Numbered from the stretch's first letter, positions 37,601 through 46,970 are shown. The stretch is DNA of 64,000 nt from Bacteroides sp. CAG:770 (GCA_000435075.1 FR890667.1:36642-100641); one strand, 5' to 3'. Made by a program: numbers and translations. Notes: a model not told the origin generated them from the sequence alone.

Positions 37601-38066
37601 TGCTGCCAAATGCCTTGTCCACATCCACAGCAGCGACAGAACCTGTCATGTTGACCTTCTTCTGTGTACCGAAACCGACAACGACTACCTCATCGAGGAA
37701 CTGGGTGTCCTCTCTAAGCGTAACGGACAGGTTTTCTGAAGCAGCGACACTGACGGTCTCATACCCGATACAAGATACTTCAAGAGAAGATCCTGACTTC
37801 ACAGAGATGGTGAATTTTCCATCAATGTCAGTATTCACACCATTGGTCGTACCTTTCTCGATGACGCTGGCACCCGGGACTGGCTGGCCTGAAGAATCCA
37901 GAATCCTGCCGGACACCAAAATTCGAGTCTGCTGATAAACATTTGATGCTGAAGGTTTTTCAGCACGAGCCGCATACATATTGACGCCCGTAGGTAAATA
38001 GGCGCAAAGAGCAGCTGCCAGACAAATGTAAAGTTTTACATTGCCATTCTTTTTTTCATGAATCAT
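34683..38066 (-). CDS. susC: SusC/RagA-family TonB-dependent outer-membrane transporter
   Basis: 1127 aa; signal peptide, a CarbopepD_reg-like domain (ILVSGRILDSSGQPVPGASVIEKGTTNGVNTDIDGKFTI), a plug (TonB box region DEVVVVGFGTQKK) and a long beta-barrel ending in ...GLQITF. Confidence 0.9.
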   Translation of the reverse strand: MIHEKKNGNVKLYICLAAALCAYLPTGVNMYAARAEKPSASNVYQQTRILVSGRILDSSGQPVPGASVIEKGTTNGVNTDIDGKFTISVKSGSSLEVSCIGYETVSVAASENLSVTLREDTQFLDEVVVVGFGTQKKVNMTGSVAAVDVDKAFGSKPITDVSKGLQGVVPGLSITYNSNDLNASPTMKIRGTGSINGDNTPLILLDGVEVPDLSFVNPDNIKSISVLKDAASASIYGSRAAWGVVLITSKDGSAVKDKVSITYSNNFSWNQPIGLPKYITDKEGVLAQLEEGMLAQKNVDGSRIEAFGMYYDTIGKGITTWFDKYSGNLSNPVYKYGEDYEFIEGTPYYYRVSDPNKEIFKTSFSQTHNLSVTGNTGKTNYNIGLGYTMNDGTLKAAKKNDVKRYNLNLSTNTQVKNWLNIGTKVMYVEKEYEYPYGYSQSKGATGLLYYVMRFPAFFPFGISDGSKLADGTYASESAATGEGLYFRHGNAYVANESICSSKDQYLTLGGNVRINLAPGLSFYGDYTRGRYNYENRSMRQPYYVANWSFPKKAAFTTKDFLERTYVSKITNTYNAYFDYLFDIQKQHNFAIKVGANAEDLRYDSQSVEVNGVQDLEHPTLNLTDGKNEGIVDESLRHRATAGFFGRINYNYKEKYLLELNGRYDGSSSFRTGKQWAFFSSASAGYRISEEKFWTNIKPYVPTLKVRASYGSVGNQALASWYPYISTMATETVGWVGTDMNNVSTTTTPSAVNPDMTWEKIRTLDIGFDAGFFNNELNVTFDWYQRRNVGMLVAGNEIVRYAGIAVAPLENGGDMKTNGWELQIDYNHAFNKDFAIYGTFTLSDAKSEITKWNNTTGALNSWYKGKKLGEIWGFETDRYFNSSDVNQDGTLKTGTPDQSYLQNGSFRFGAGDIKYKDLNNDGKIDTGKGTIDDHGDLKRIGNQLPRYEYSLRVGAMLKGFDVEVLLQGVGKRDMWSTSSLFIPHAAGAQMNIFENQLDYWTESNQNARFPRPYINGAFGSLSGLPGNSGCNNFAPQTKYLNNLAYLRVKNFTVGYTLPQNLTRKIFVEKLRFYFSAQNLFTFDHIDGVMDPECTGGSSKSYTNGMDMTMAGRAMPFNRQWSCGLQITF

Positions 38067-38121
38067 AGGCAGATTATTAGTTGATAAAAAATGTTATCGT
38101 TTAAAAATTCAGGTTTCACAA

Positions 38122-38129
38122 ATATAAAT
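38122..38129 (-). promoter_or_regulatory. Candidate -7 element (TATATTTG on the minus strand) for the susC-susD operon
   Basis: caaatata on the plus strand, about 55 bp upstream of the susC start. Confidence 0.3.
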
Positions 38130-38196
38130 TATTTTTGCATTTCTACACACTTTTTTCTAAAAAAATGAAGTTTGGCCAAGACGCCGTTTTTGATTA

Positions 38197-38204
38197 AGTT
38201 TGTA
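38197..38204 (+). promoter_or_regulatory. Candidate Bacteroidetes -7 promoter element TAAGTTTG for murB-murA
   Basis: taagtttg matches the TAnnTTTG consensus and lies 21 bp upstream of the murB ATG. Confidence 0.4.
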
Positions 38205-38224
38205 TGTTTATTCCAAATTGACCA

Positions 38225-39292
38225 ATGATCAGAAAAACGACCAATAAGGACCTCACGGCATACAACACCTTCAGGATGAAGGTGAAATGCCGCTCATTCA
38301 TAGAATATGATTCCATCGCGGATCTCATTGACATAGATTTCGGGACTCTCCCCAAACCGGTGAAGCATATCGGAGGCGGAAGCAACCTGCTCTTCAGCGG
38401 AAATTTCGACGGGACAATTCTACACTCGGCAGTGAAGTTTATCTATGAACTGCCGGAAGACGACCCCCTGTATATATCTGACAATGAAGTGCTTGTATCA
38501 GTAGGCTCGGGCGTGGCATTTGACGATTTCTGCAAATGGGCGGCCGAAAACGGACTGTGGGGCGCAGAGAATCTGTCATATATCCCAGGCGAAACAGGGG
38601 CGGCGGCAGTCCAGAACATCGGAGCCTACGGTGCTGAAATCGCAGACATCATACGTCAGGTTTATTGCTACGACACCATCGAAGAAGAGTTCGTCCATTT
38701 CAATGTCAACGAATGCAAATACGGATACCGCGAGTCAATGTTCAAGTCTCCCGAGGCCAGGGACAGATACATAGTGACCAACGTCATACTGGCATTGACA
38801 AGAGAGAGAAGACCTAGACTCGAGTACGGAAATATCCGCACGGCCCTGAGCGGAGCCATCGGCGTCCCGGCCGAGGAAGTGGATGGGTCAGAAGCACTTA
38901 CACCGGCATTGATAAGAGACGTCATTATCGGCATCCGCCGGGAGAAACTGCCGGAAGTTTCAGAAATCGGAAGTGCGGGCAGCTTTTTCAAGAATCCCGT
39001 AGTTCCGGAAGAGGTATTCGCCAATGTCAAAGATGTCGCCGAAGGGGCAGAAGTTCCTCACTATGTGACAGATAAGGGAATAAAGATACCTGCCGCATGG
39101 CTGATTGAGCAATGCGGATGGAAAGGACGCACCTGCGGCAATGCAGGAGTCTATGAGAAGCAGCCGCTGGTCATTGTCAATGCTACCGGAAAGGCCACCC
39201 CGAAGGAAATCATTGACCTTAAAAATCAAATCACCACTTCAGTGAAAGAGAAGTTCGGAATCGGACTGCACCCCGAGGCGGAAATATTATAG
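38225..39292 (+). CDS. murB: UDP-N-acetylenolpyruvoylglucosamine reductase
   Basis: 355 aa; the N-terminal FAD-binding region LTAYNTFRMKVKCRSFIEYDS...KHIGGGSNLLF is typical of MurB, and murA follows. Confidence 0.8.
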   Translation: MIRKTTNKDLTAYNTFRMKVKCRSFIEYDSIADLIDIDFGTLPKPVKHIGGGSNLLFSGNFDGTILHSAVKFIYELPEDDPLYISDNEVLVSVGSGVAFDDFCKWAAENGLWGAENLSYIPGETGAAAVQNIGAYGAEIADIIRQVYCYDTIEEEFVHFNVNECKYGYRESMFKSPEARDRYIVTNVILALTRERRPRLEYGNIRTALSGAIGVPAEEVDGSEALTPALIRDVIIGIRREKLPEVSEIGSAGSFFKNPVVPEEVFANVKDVAEGAEVPHYVTDKGIKIPAAWLIEQCGWKGRTCGNAGVYEKQPLVIVNATGKATPKEIIDLKNQITTSVKEKFGIGLHPEAEIL

Positions 39293-39295
39293 GAA

Positions 39296-40615
39296 ATGGA
39301 CAACAGCACATTTATAGTAGAGGGAGGACATGAACTCCACGGAGAAATCATCCCGCAAGGGGCGAAGAACGAGGCTCTTGAGGTAATCAGCGCGGTACTC
39401 CTAACAAAAGAAGAAGTCATCATAAGCAATGTCCCTGAAATCCTGGATGTAAAGAACCTGATAAGCCTGCTGGAAAGCATGGGAGTCAAGGTAAACCGCC
39501 TGGGACATGGCGAATACGGCTTCAAGGCGGATGACATTGACACTGAATACATTGAAAGCGAAGATTTCGTGAAGAAGTGCGCATCCTTGCGCGGTTCGGT
39601 TCTGGTGGTCGGTCCTCTCCTCGCCAGGTTCGGAAAGGCATGGTTCCCCAAACCTGGCGGCGACCGCATCGGAAGGCGGCGTGTGGACACGCATATTCAG
39701 GGAATGATCAATCTCGGAGCGTCACACAGGTATGACGACAAGCGCAAGGCTTTCTATCTTGAAGCCCCCGCATCAGGCCATCTGCAGGGTACGTATATGC
39801 TTCTGGATGAGGCATCTGTGACAGGCACGGCCAACATTCTCATGGCTGCGGCTCTAGCTGAAGGCAAGACCGTAATCTACAATGCCGCATGCGAGCCCTA
39901 TATCCAGCAGCTCAGCAGAATGCTGAAGGCCATGGGAGCCGGCATTGAGGGTATCGGTTCGAATCTGCTCACGATTACAGGTGTTGACGTCCTCCATGGA
40001 GCGGCCCACAAGATTCTTCCGGACATGATCGAGGTCGGCAGTTTCATCGGCATGGCAGCATTGACAAGAAGTTCGATAACCATCAAGGATGTGTCCTGGA
40101 AGAACCTCGGCATCATTCCTGAGAGTTTCAGGAGACTGGGAGTGCATCTGGAGCAGCGCGGTGACGACATTTTCATCCCGGCCCAGGAAAGCTATACCAT
40201 TGATTCGTTCATGGACGGCTCCATAATGACCATTGCAGATGCACCATGGCCAGGACTCACTCCGGACCTTCTCAGCGTCATGCTGGTAGTTGCCACACAG
40301 TGCAAAGGAAGTGTGCTGATACATCAGAAAATGTTCGAGAGCCGACTTTTCTTCGTGGACAAACTTATAGAGATGGGTGCCCAGATCATTCTCTGCGACC
40401 CGCACAGGGCTGTAGTCATCGGACACGACCACAGGTTCCGACTGAAAGCCGGCAACCTTCTTTCACCTGATATCCGTGCAGGTATCGCACTCCTTCTGGC
40501 AGCAATGTCAGCCAAGGGAACAAGTACGATAAGCAATGTCGGACAGATAGACCGAGGATATGAAAACATCGAGCACAGGCTCAATGCCCTGGGCGCAAAA
40601 ATCACAAGACGCTAA
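39296..40615 (+). CDS. murA: UDP-N-acetylglucosamine 1-carboxyvinyltransferase
   Basis: 439 aa; FIVEGGHELHGEIIPQGAKNEALEVISAVLL is the canonical MurA/EPSP-synthase-fold N-terminus. Confidence 0.85.
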   Translation: MDNSTFIVEGGHELHGEIIPQGAKNEALEVISAVLLTKEEVIISNVPEILDVKNLISLLESMGVKVNRLGHGEYGFKADDIDTEYIESEDFVKKCASLRGSVLVVGPLLARFGKAWFPKPGGDRIGRRRVDTHIQGMINLGASHRYDDKRKAFYLEAPASGHLQGTYMLLDEASVTGTANILMAAALAEGKTVIYNAACEPYIQQLSRMLKAMGAGIEGIGSNLLTITGVDVLHGAAHKILPDMIEVGSFIGMAALTRSSITIKDVSWKNLGIIPESFRRLGVHLEQRGDDIFIPAQESYTIDSFMDGSIMTIADAPWPGLTPDLLSVMLVVATQCKGSVLIHQKMFESRLFFVDKLIEMGAQIILCDPHRAVVIGHDHRFRLKAGNLLSPDIRAGIALLLAAMSAKGTSTISNVGQIDRGYENIEHRLNALGAKITRR

Positions 40616-40629
40616 AAGTCCCGTAATGC

Positions 40630-41187
40630 CTAGAATACATTAAGCAAGATATTGATTCCCAGCAATATAAGGACAATACCGCCGCACACGGCAGCAGGTT
40701 TGCCGGCTCTGGTTCCAATCAGGTTTCCGCCCTTGATGCCGATGATGACAGACAGGGCTGTAATGATGAAGACGGCTACGACAGGGACCGTCATGCCTGC
40801 CAGATTGCGTCCCGCCATCGACATTGAAATACCTACTGCCAGGGCGTCGACACTGTCGGCAATTCCGGCAAGAACGATATTCCGAAAGCCCGTAAGGTTT
40901 CTTGGCTTCTCCTCGGAAAAGGCCTCCCTTATCATTGACACGCCCACAAAAACCAGAAGCCCCATTCCGATCCATTTGACGAAATGCATCAAGTACCTCG
41001 CGATGAAGTCGCCGAATGCCCAACCGACAAAGAGGAATGAAGTCTGAATGATTGCGAAAATCAATGCTATCTTGAGCACCTGGGCGAGTGTCACTTTTTT
41101 CATCGTGACGCTTGAACACAATGCCACAGCAAAGCAGTCGGCACACAACGATGCCGACAGAAGAATGTCAGTAATCAGTTCTTCCAT
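40630..41187 (-). CDS. mntP: Manganese efflux pump MntP
   Basis: 185 aa; 6 TM helices with paired DxxAV motifs (LCADCFAVAL and IADSVDALAV). Confidence 0.75.
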   Translation of the reverse strand: MEELITDILLSASLCADCFAVALCSSVTMKKVTLAQVLKIALIFAIIQTSFLFVGWAFGDFIARYLMHFVKWIGMGLLVFVGVSMIREAFSEEKPRNLTGFRNIVLAGIADSVDALAVGISMSMAGRNLAGMTVPVVAVFIITALSVIIGIKGGNLIGTRAGKPAAVCGGIVLILLGINILLNVF

Positions 41188-41188
41188 A

Positions 41189-41824
41189 TCAAGGCCTGAA
41201 AAGCTGGCGGTTTACTATAGACCTTCCAAGTGTCAGCTGGTCAGCGTATTCCAAATCGTCTCCAAATCCGAGACCACGTGCCGGGGATGACACCTTGATA
41301 CCGAAAGCCGAAATCTGCCTGTATATATAGAACGATGTCGTCTCGCCTTCCACATCCCCGCTGAGCGCAAGGATTATTTCAATGTTGTCCGGCTCGACGC
41401 CAGATTCGGTCAAGGCTTCTACTCTATTCTTAAGTTCGATGATTTTCAAGTCTGAAGGACCGATGCCGTCGATCGGCGATATCTTCCCGCCAAGCACATG
41501 ATAGACGCCATGATATTGACCTGTAGCCTCGACACTCATGACATCACGAACATTCTCCACAACACATATTGTATTGTGGTCACGACTGTTGTCCGAGCAG
41601 ATCGAGCACTGCTCTTCATCTGAAATCATCATGCAGGTACGGCAGTAACGGACATTCTCCCTCAGGAGTCTGATGGAATCCGTAAAATGACGCACATTCT
41701 CGACAGGCTGCTTCAGGAGGTGGAGGGCAAGGCGCAGTGCGCTCTTCTCTCCTATCCCCGGAAGCGAACTTATGGCTTCGACAGCATTTTCAAGAAGCTC
41801 TGACGGATACTTTTCACTTCGCAT
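41189..41824 (-). CDS. recR: Recombination protein RecR
   Basis: HhH region (SLPGIGEKSALRLALHLL), a C4 zinc finger (CRTCMMISDEEQCSICSD) and a Toprim-like region. The start was chosen at MRSEKYPSELLE to give a typical RecR length. Confidence 0.85.
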   Translation of the reverse strand: MRSEKYPSELLENAVEAISSLPGIGEKSALRLALHLLKQPVENVRHFTDSIRLLRENVRYCRTCMMISDEEQCSICSDNSRDHNTICVVENVRDVMSVEATGQYHGVYHVLGGKISPIDGIGPSDLKIIELKNRVEALTESGVEPDNIEIILALSGDVEGETTSFYIYRQISAFGIKVSSPARGLGFGDDLEYADQLTLGRSIVNRQLFRP

Positions 41825-42635
41825 CCTTATCTCCCTGATTATAAGCATCTACGGCCTTACGGACAGAGCCATATTTCAGAAGAAGCCTCTTTGCGAGTTC
41901 ATAGTCATTGATATCAGCCTCTCCCATAATCATTCTCGAGCCTCTATCGACAAGCTTCTTGTTGGTCAGCTGCATGTCAACCATCTTGTTGCCTTTGACA
42001 TGACCAAGGCGGATCATTGTCGCAGTAGAAATCATATTGAGGACAAGTTTCTCAGCTGTACCCGCCTTCATTCTGGTACTTCCGGTAACGAATTCAGGAC
42101 CCACAACCACCTCAACGGGAATTTCAGAAACGGCTGCAAGTTCAGAACCCTTGTTACAAGTAATACAACCGGTAAGCAGGCCACGCTCTCTGGCAATCTT
42201 CACGGCACCGATGACATAGGGAGTCGAGCCTGAGGCTGCTACACCTACTACCACATCGTCGGCTGTAGGAGAAAACGGCTGCATATCTTTCCATCCTCCC
42301 TCATTGCTGTCCTCCGCAGCTTCCACTGCATTACGGATAGCCTTGTCTCCGCCGGCAATAAGCCCTATGAATTTGTCGCTTACTCCATAAGTAGGAGGAA
42401 TCTCGGATGCATCTACTACTCCCAGACGTCCGCTGGTGCCCGCGCCGATATAAAAGACACGTCCACCTCTTTTCAACCTTTCAACTATTCCCTCCACAAG
42501 TTTCTCTATCTGAGGGATTTCCTCGGCAACTGCCACAGGAACACAACTGTCCTCATTATTGATGCCCGTAAGTATTTCTTTTACGGACATGTCCTGAAGA
42601 TTGTGGTAATTGGATGACTGTTCTGTTGTTCTCAT
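41814..42635 (-). CDS. murQ: N-acetylmuramic acid 6-phosphate etherase
   Basis: SIS-domain protein whose N-terminus TEQSSNYHNLQDMSVKEILTGINNEDSCVPVAV matches the MurQ start. The start was chosen at MRTTEQ. Confidence 0.75.
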   Translation of the reverse strand: MRTTEQSSNYHNLQDMSVKEILTGINNEDSCVPVAVAEEIPQIEKLVEGIVERLKRGGRVFYIGAGTSGRLGVVDASEIPPTYGVSDKFIGLIAGGDKAIRNAVEAAEDSNEGGWKDMQPFSPTADDVVVGVAASGSTPYVIGAVKIARERGLLTGCITCNKGSELAAVSEIPVEVVVGPEFVTGSTRMKAGTAEKLVLNMISTATMIRLGHVKGNKMVDMQLTNKKLVDRGSRMIMGEADINDYELAKRLLLKYGSVRKAVDAYNQGDKDAK

Positions 42636-42639
42636 GGTT

Positions 42640-43500
42640 TTACATTGTATGATATTTGACAAGCCCCTCTATCGGGGAAGCTGTAATTTCTGAAATCTTG
42701 ACATTGAATTCAGACGCGATGCGTTCCAATGTCTCCTTATGCGCCATGGCATATCCGCCGACAACGCCTACCTTGTTGTATTTCTTAAGGTCATACTGGG
42801 CGATGCATCTGGAGAAAAGCTGTCTGAAGTTATTGTCAATCAGGTCTTTCACATAAGGATACTCATCGTAGTGACGGCTGATGAACGGAGCGAAAGAACC
42901 GAGGTATCTTGCCGGCGCCGGTCCTTTATAGACATTCTGGACCACAGTAAGATAATCTACCTCATATTCTGATGCAAATTCGTCTGCAAGTTTCTCAGGC
43001 ACAAGACCTTTCAGGAAATCGGACATAAACTGCCGTCCGAGGCTGGCCCCACCGCCTTCGTCTCCCAGAATAAAACCTCCGGAGCGCACATTCCTGACGA
43101 TTCTCTCCCCATCATATTCGCAGCTGTTCGAACCGGTCCCGAGTATGACTGCAATTCCCGGTTCCCTGCCGCAGACAGCCCTGGCGGCATCCAGAAGGTC
43201 AGACGCATATTCTATCTGAGCATCAGGAAAGGCCTTCCTGAATTCATCGTCCAGCCTCCTGGCACTCTCTGGCACAGACTTTCCGTCTGATATGAGACCT
43301 GCAGCATAGAAATGAATTTCATTGACCTTTTCCCCTGTCGGATTCAGTTCCGGAATCGCATCCTCCAGAACCTTTTCAATGAAAGAAGACTCCGCTGTGG
43401 CAACATTCATTCCAGGCGTCTTGAGAGAATATCTCTCACCTGTTTCAGACACTGAGCACCAATCTGTCTTGGTAGCTCCGCTTTCCGCTATAATGACCAT
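42640..43500 (-). CDS. BadF/BadG/BcrA/BcrD-type sugar kinase, probably a MurNAc/GlcNAc kinase (MurK-like)
   Basis: 286 aa; N-terminus MVIIAESGATKTDWC and ILGTGSNSCEYDGERIV are typical of the ASKHA sugar-kinase fold. It lies immediately upstream of murQ, as in the Tannerella MurNAc-utilisation locus. Confidence 0.6.
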   Translation of the reverse strand: MVIIAESGATKTDWCSVSETGERYSLKTPGMNVATAESSFIEKVLEDAIPELNPTGEKVNEIHFYAAGLISDGKSVPESARRLDDEFRKAFPDAQIEYASDLLDAARAVCGREPGIAVILGTGSNSCEYDGERIVRNVRSGGFILGDEGGGASLGRQFMSDFLKGLVPEKLADEFASEYEVDYLTVVQNVYKGPAPARYLGSFAPFISRHYDEYPYVKDLIDNNFRQLFSRCIAQYDLKKYNKVGVVGGYAMAHKETLERIASEFNVKISEITASPIEGLVKYHTM

Positions 43501-43512
43501 AAAAAAAACAGT

Positions 43513-44433
43513 TTAGTGTTTGTTACATATGCACTCGGGCTCATATATATACAGTTCATGGATTTCCCTGTCATATCCCGGATAGAATCCCTTAGGCATA
43601 CCCAAGATGATTCTCGCCCCTCTGTTCGCAAGGACTATAAGTTCACCGGTAAGCGGGTCGATACTGAGTCCTTCGATTTCTCCCGTCCTGCGAAAATCCG
43701 ACATCGTACGATAGAGCTCCGGTCTCACCTGCTCCGGCAATACAGAACTGCCTGAAGGATATATTTCGCAGACATACAGATGATCAGGAAGATTTTTTTC
43801 AGCATCCCCGTCGTCGCAGGAGATGATTATGCTGCCGCCCTTGCAGACTATTCCCTGCTGAAGTCCCGGAGCCGGGTCCAATGCAACTTTTCCCACATAC
43901 TCTCCGGTCTTGAGGTCATAGCAATACAGATGCGTGCCCTGAACCCAGTCAGCCATCCATACACGGCCATGCTCCTTATCTACGGCAAGACCGCAGACTT
44001 CCACCTGACCGGACGCGGGATTCCACGGAATGGAGCGCTTCCATTCCAATGTCTCCGCATCATAGACGGCAACCTGGATATTCTGTCCCACGCCATCAAT
44101 GAAAGTCTCGATTCCGGCGTAAATCTCACCATTGTAAACATCAATGTCACCGATGTGGTTCGCCGAAAGCTCGAGGCTGCGGAAAGGGTCAATGTCAGAG
44201 CGCACGAGTTCTCCGTCTTTACGGTACTTGTAAAGCGCAGTCGAGCCGGATACGTAATAGTATTCGCCGTCTGACGCAATTCCCTGGCGTCCTCCGACTT
44301 CCATTACACGGGCCAATGTCCATCCGTCATCCGCTGTAAGTGACGGGCAAGATTGTCTGCATTGTGCATGCGACATAAACAGCCCGCTGCTCACAGAGAG
44401 CAGCAGGGCCATCAAAAAAAATCTTCTCTTCAC
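43513..44433 (-). CDS. Secreted hypothetical protein (possible beta-propeller)
   Basis: Signal peptide MKRRFFLMALLLSVSSGLFMSHAQ; repeated beta-strand-like Y/V-rich segments; no confident family assignment. Confidence 0.4.
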   Translation of the reverse strand: MKRRFFLMALLLSVSSGLFMSHAQCRQSCPSLTADDGWTLARVMEVGGRQGIASDGEYYYVSGSTALYKYRKDGELVRSDIDPFRSLELSANHIGDIDVYNGEIYAGIETFIDGVGQNIQVAVYDAETLEWKRSIPWNPASGQVEVCGLAVDKEHGRVWMADWVQGTHLYCYDLKTGEYVGKVALDPAPGLQQGIVCKGGSIIISCDDGDAEKNLPDHLYVCEIYPSGSSVLPEQVRPELYRTMSDFRRTGEIEGLSIDPLTGELIVLANRGARIILGMPKGFYPGYDREIHELYIYEPECICNKH

Positions 44434-44438
44434 GTTTA

Positions 44439-45893
44439 TTACTTTTCAGGCATTGCCTCAAGAACTGCCTTGAGGAATTCCCAACATTTGTCTACCGTGT
44501 CAATCTTCACTCTCTCATCAGGTGAATGAGGGTGCAGGATTGTAGGTCCGAATGAAACCATATCCCAGTTAGGATATTTTGCACCGAGAAGAGCGCACTC
44601 AAGTCCCGCATGGATAGCAGTAACCTTCATATCCTTACCGAAGAGTTTCTTGTAAACATCCTTCATTGTGGCGATGACAGGTGTAGAAGGAAGCGGAACC
44701 CATCCTGAATAGGCTCCGTATGAAGTGAACTTGGCGCCGGCCAGTTCGAAGAGGCAACGCATTCTCTCTGCAAGATCCATCTTGGCTGAATCCAGGGAGC
44801 TTCTCAAGTATGAAAGTACTGTAATGTGTCCGTCCTGAATTCTTACGACAGCCATGTTTACGGATGTCTCCACGAGACCGTGCATGACAGGGCTCATTCT
44901 GTCAACGCTGCTAGGGCACGCGCAGATGGCCTTGACTGCCTTCTGCATAACCTCATCCTCCACATATGCGGCAGGCATATCGCACTTCTCGAAGAAGCAT
45001 GCTGCAGAAGGGTCGGTATCAGCATATTCAGCCTTGACCTCAGCGAATACAAGTTCGACGATCTTCTTGACCTCGTCAACTCTGCCGGCAGGTACAAGCA
45101 CGTCAGCAGTAGCCTCAAAAGGAATCGCATTATGGAGACTGCCTCCTACGAAGTCAGCAACTTTCACGTCATATTTCTCTACGAGCGGAAGAAGGATGCG
45201 GGCAACAATCTTGTTTGCATTGGCTCTGTACAATACGATATCCTGACCGGAATGTCCGCCCTGAAGGCCTTTCACTGAGAGTCTATATGCCTCATAACCG
45301 GCAGGTGCCGGCATTGACTTATACTCGAAATCAGCTTTTCCGTACAAACCGCCGGCGCATCCGATATAAAGCTCGCCTTCAGCCTCTGAGTCAAGGTTCA
45401 GAAGGACATCGCCCTTCAGTTCGCCAGGTTTGAGTTTTTCCGCTCCTGTCATTCCTGTTTCCTCATCATAGGTGATAAGCGCCTCTACAGGGCCGTGTTT
45501 GAGGGTATTGTCCTCAAGAACGGCAAGTGCAAGACATACTCCGATTCCGTCGTCGGCTCCGAGGGTAGTACCCTTTGCTGTTACCCACTCACCGTCAATC
45601 TGTGTCCGGATAGGATCCTTGAGGAAATCATGAACGGTCTCGGCAGTCTTCTGTGGAACCATGTCCACATGTGCCTGGAGGATGACTCCTCTTCTGTTCT
45701 CATAACCCGGTGTAGCCGGTTTGCTGAATATGATATTGCCGGTTTCATCTCTGCGCACATCTACATTGTGCTCTTTTCCCCAGTCAAGAAGGAACTGCTC
45801 AGCTTTCTCTTCATGCTTTGAAGGACGGGGAATCTGTGAGAGTGCATCGAAATTTCTCCACACGCCTTTCGGCTCTAAATCTTTGATAGTCAT
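44439..45893 (-). CDS. pepD: Aminoacyl-histidine (Xaa-His) dipeptidase, M20 family
   Basis: 484 aa; N-terminus MTIKDLEPKGVWRNFDALSQIPRPSKHEEK is characteristic of PepD, as is HVDMV...GADDGIGV. Confidence 0.8.
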   Translation of the reverse strand: MTIKDLEPKGVWRNFDALSQIPRPSKHEEKAEQFLLDWGKEHNVDVRRDETGNIIFSKPATPGYENRRGVILQAHVDMVPQKTAETVHDFLKDPIRTQIDGEWVTAKGTTLGADDGIGVCLALAVLEDNTLKHGPVEALITYDEETGMTGAEKLKPGELKGDVLLNLDSEAEGELYIGCAGGLYGKADFEYKSMPAPAGYEAYRLSVKGLQGGHSGQDIVLYRANANKIVARILLPLVEKYDVKVADFVGGSLHNAIPFEATADVLVPAGRVDEVKKIVELVFAEVKAEYADTDPSAACFFEKCDMPAAYVEDEVMQKAVKAICACPSSVDRMSPVMHGLVETSVNMAVVRIQDGHITVLSYLRSSLDSAKMDLAERMRCLFELAGAKFTSYGAYSGWVPLPSTPVIATMKDVYKKLFGKDMKVTAIHAGLECALLGAKYPNWDMVSFGPTILHPHSPDERVKIDTVDKCWEFLKAVLEAMPEK

Positions 45894-45913
45894 GATCTAT
45901 TAGTTTAAAGTGA

Positions 45914-46960
45914 TTATTTGGTATTTATCTGAAATGTACTTTCAATTCCGAGCTGATACACTGGTACCCTGCTCTGCAGAAGGACATTGACACCATCCGT
46001 CAGTTTGATCGAGCAGGATGCAGGAACACGATAGTGGGCGACTGTACCCTTGGCTGAAGATGATTTTCCCGGAACCTGACTGACAGGCTGGGCTGCAACT
46101 TCGAGAAGATATGGCTTACCTGAAAGGTCATCTGCCGGCACGAGGCCTTTGGAATCAGAAAGACGGAAAGCGACATACAGCTGGGACTCATTGCTCTTCT
46201 CAGGAACCACGTCATAGTTCATCTTCTGGGTAGAATACTCGCTGTAGCCTATGAACATCGACATGTACTCGCTCTCGAGACGGGAAATCTCCTCCACTGC
46301 GGAAGCGAGCGCCTCGCCGCTGAAAGTGGCATCGGTATCGCCTGTAACTATCTGGACCTTTTTCTTCCTGAGGTTGAAAATCATCTCGGCAGCCTCTTTG
46401 GCCCTGGATTCCAGCGACTTCTGGACAACCATCTCCTGCTGGACAGCCACTTTGTTGTAGGCGGACTCGCTTTTCACGTTACGGTATAGAGTGGTCGCCT
46501 CGGATGTCAGATTCGAAGAAAGGCCCTTGTCTGAAAAGTCAGCCTTTCCGAATGCCGGGAAACGCCATTCGGTATCGCCTGCGGCAGATGAGACTGAGAC
46601 CAGCCCCTGCGAGGTCAATGACAGGAAGGCAGGCATGCCTGAACCCGGGGCAACAGTATATCTGTAGGCCTGGTCAGCTTCAGTGCAAGGTGTCATTTTC
46701 ACGGAAGTTACCGAATATGAGACGGCATCCGCCTGTCTTGCATTGACACCAAGGTATTTCTGTGCGTATTTGGCATAAGGGCCGGCATAGAAATGCTCGC
46801 CGCTGGCCTCCACCTCAAGTCGGATGACCGTGGACGGTAGCGAATATACCAGACAGCCTTCAGGGTCTTTCTGCGCATTCTGGGCAGAAACAGCAGGCAG
46901 GAACAACATGGTCCCGGCCACCAAACTAAGAACTCTTTTCATACTGTAAATATTTTTCAT
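45914..46960 (-). CDS. Hypothetical secreted protein / lipoprotein
   Basis: Signal peptide MKNIYSMKRVLSLVAGTMLFLPAVSAQ; no family recognised. The start was moved inward from 47020. Confidence 0.4.
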   Translation of the reverse strand: MKNIYSMKRVLSLVAGTMLFLPAVSAQNAQKDPEGCLVYSLPSTVIRLEVEASGEHFYAGPYAKYAQKYLGVNARQADAVSYSVTSVKMTPCTEADQAYRYTVAPGSGMPAFLSLTSQGLVSVSSAAGDTEWRFPAFGKADFSDKGLSSNLTSEATTLYRNVKSESAYNKVAVQQEMVVQKSLESRAKEAAEMIFNLRKKKVQIVTGDTDATFSGEALASAVEEISRLESEYMSMFIGYSEYSTQKMNYDVVPEKSNESQLYVAFRLSDSKGLVPADDLSGKPYLLEVAAQPVSQVPGKSSSAKGTVAHYRVPASCSIKLTDGVNVLLQSRVPVYQLGIESTFQINTK

Positions 46961-46970
46961 GTTCGGTTTC

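Noticed and set aside
43513-44433. Glutamine (glutaminyl-peptide) cyclotransferase assignment for the secreted 306-aa protein
   Set aside because: Only a vague beta-propeller-like, Tyr/Gly-rich character supports it. I could not identify the conserved plant-type QC motifs by eye, so it is left as a hypothetical secreted protein.
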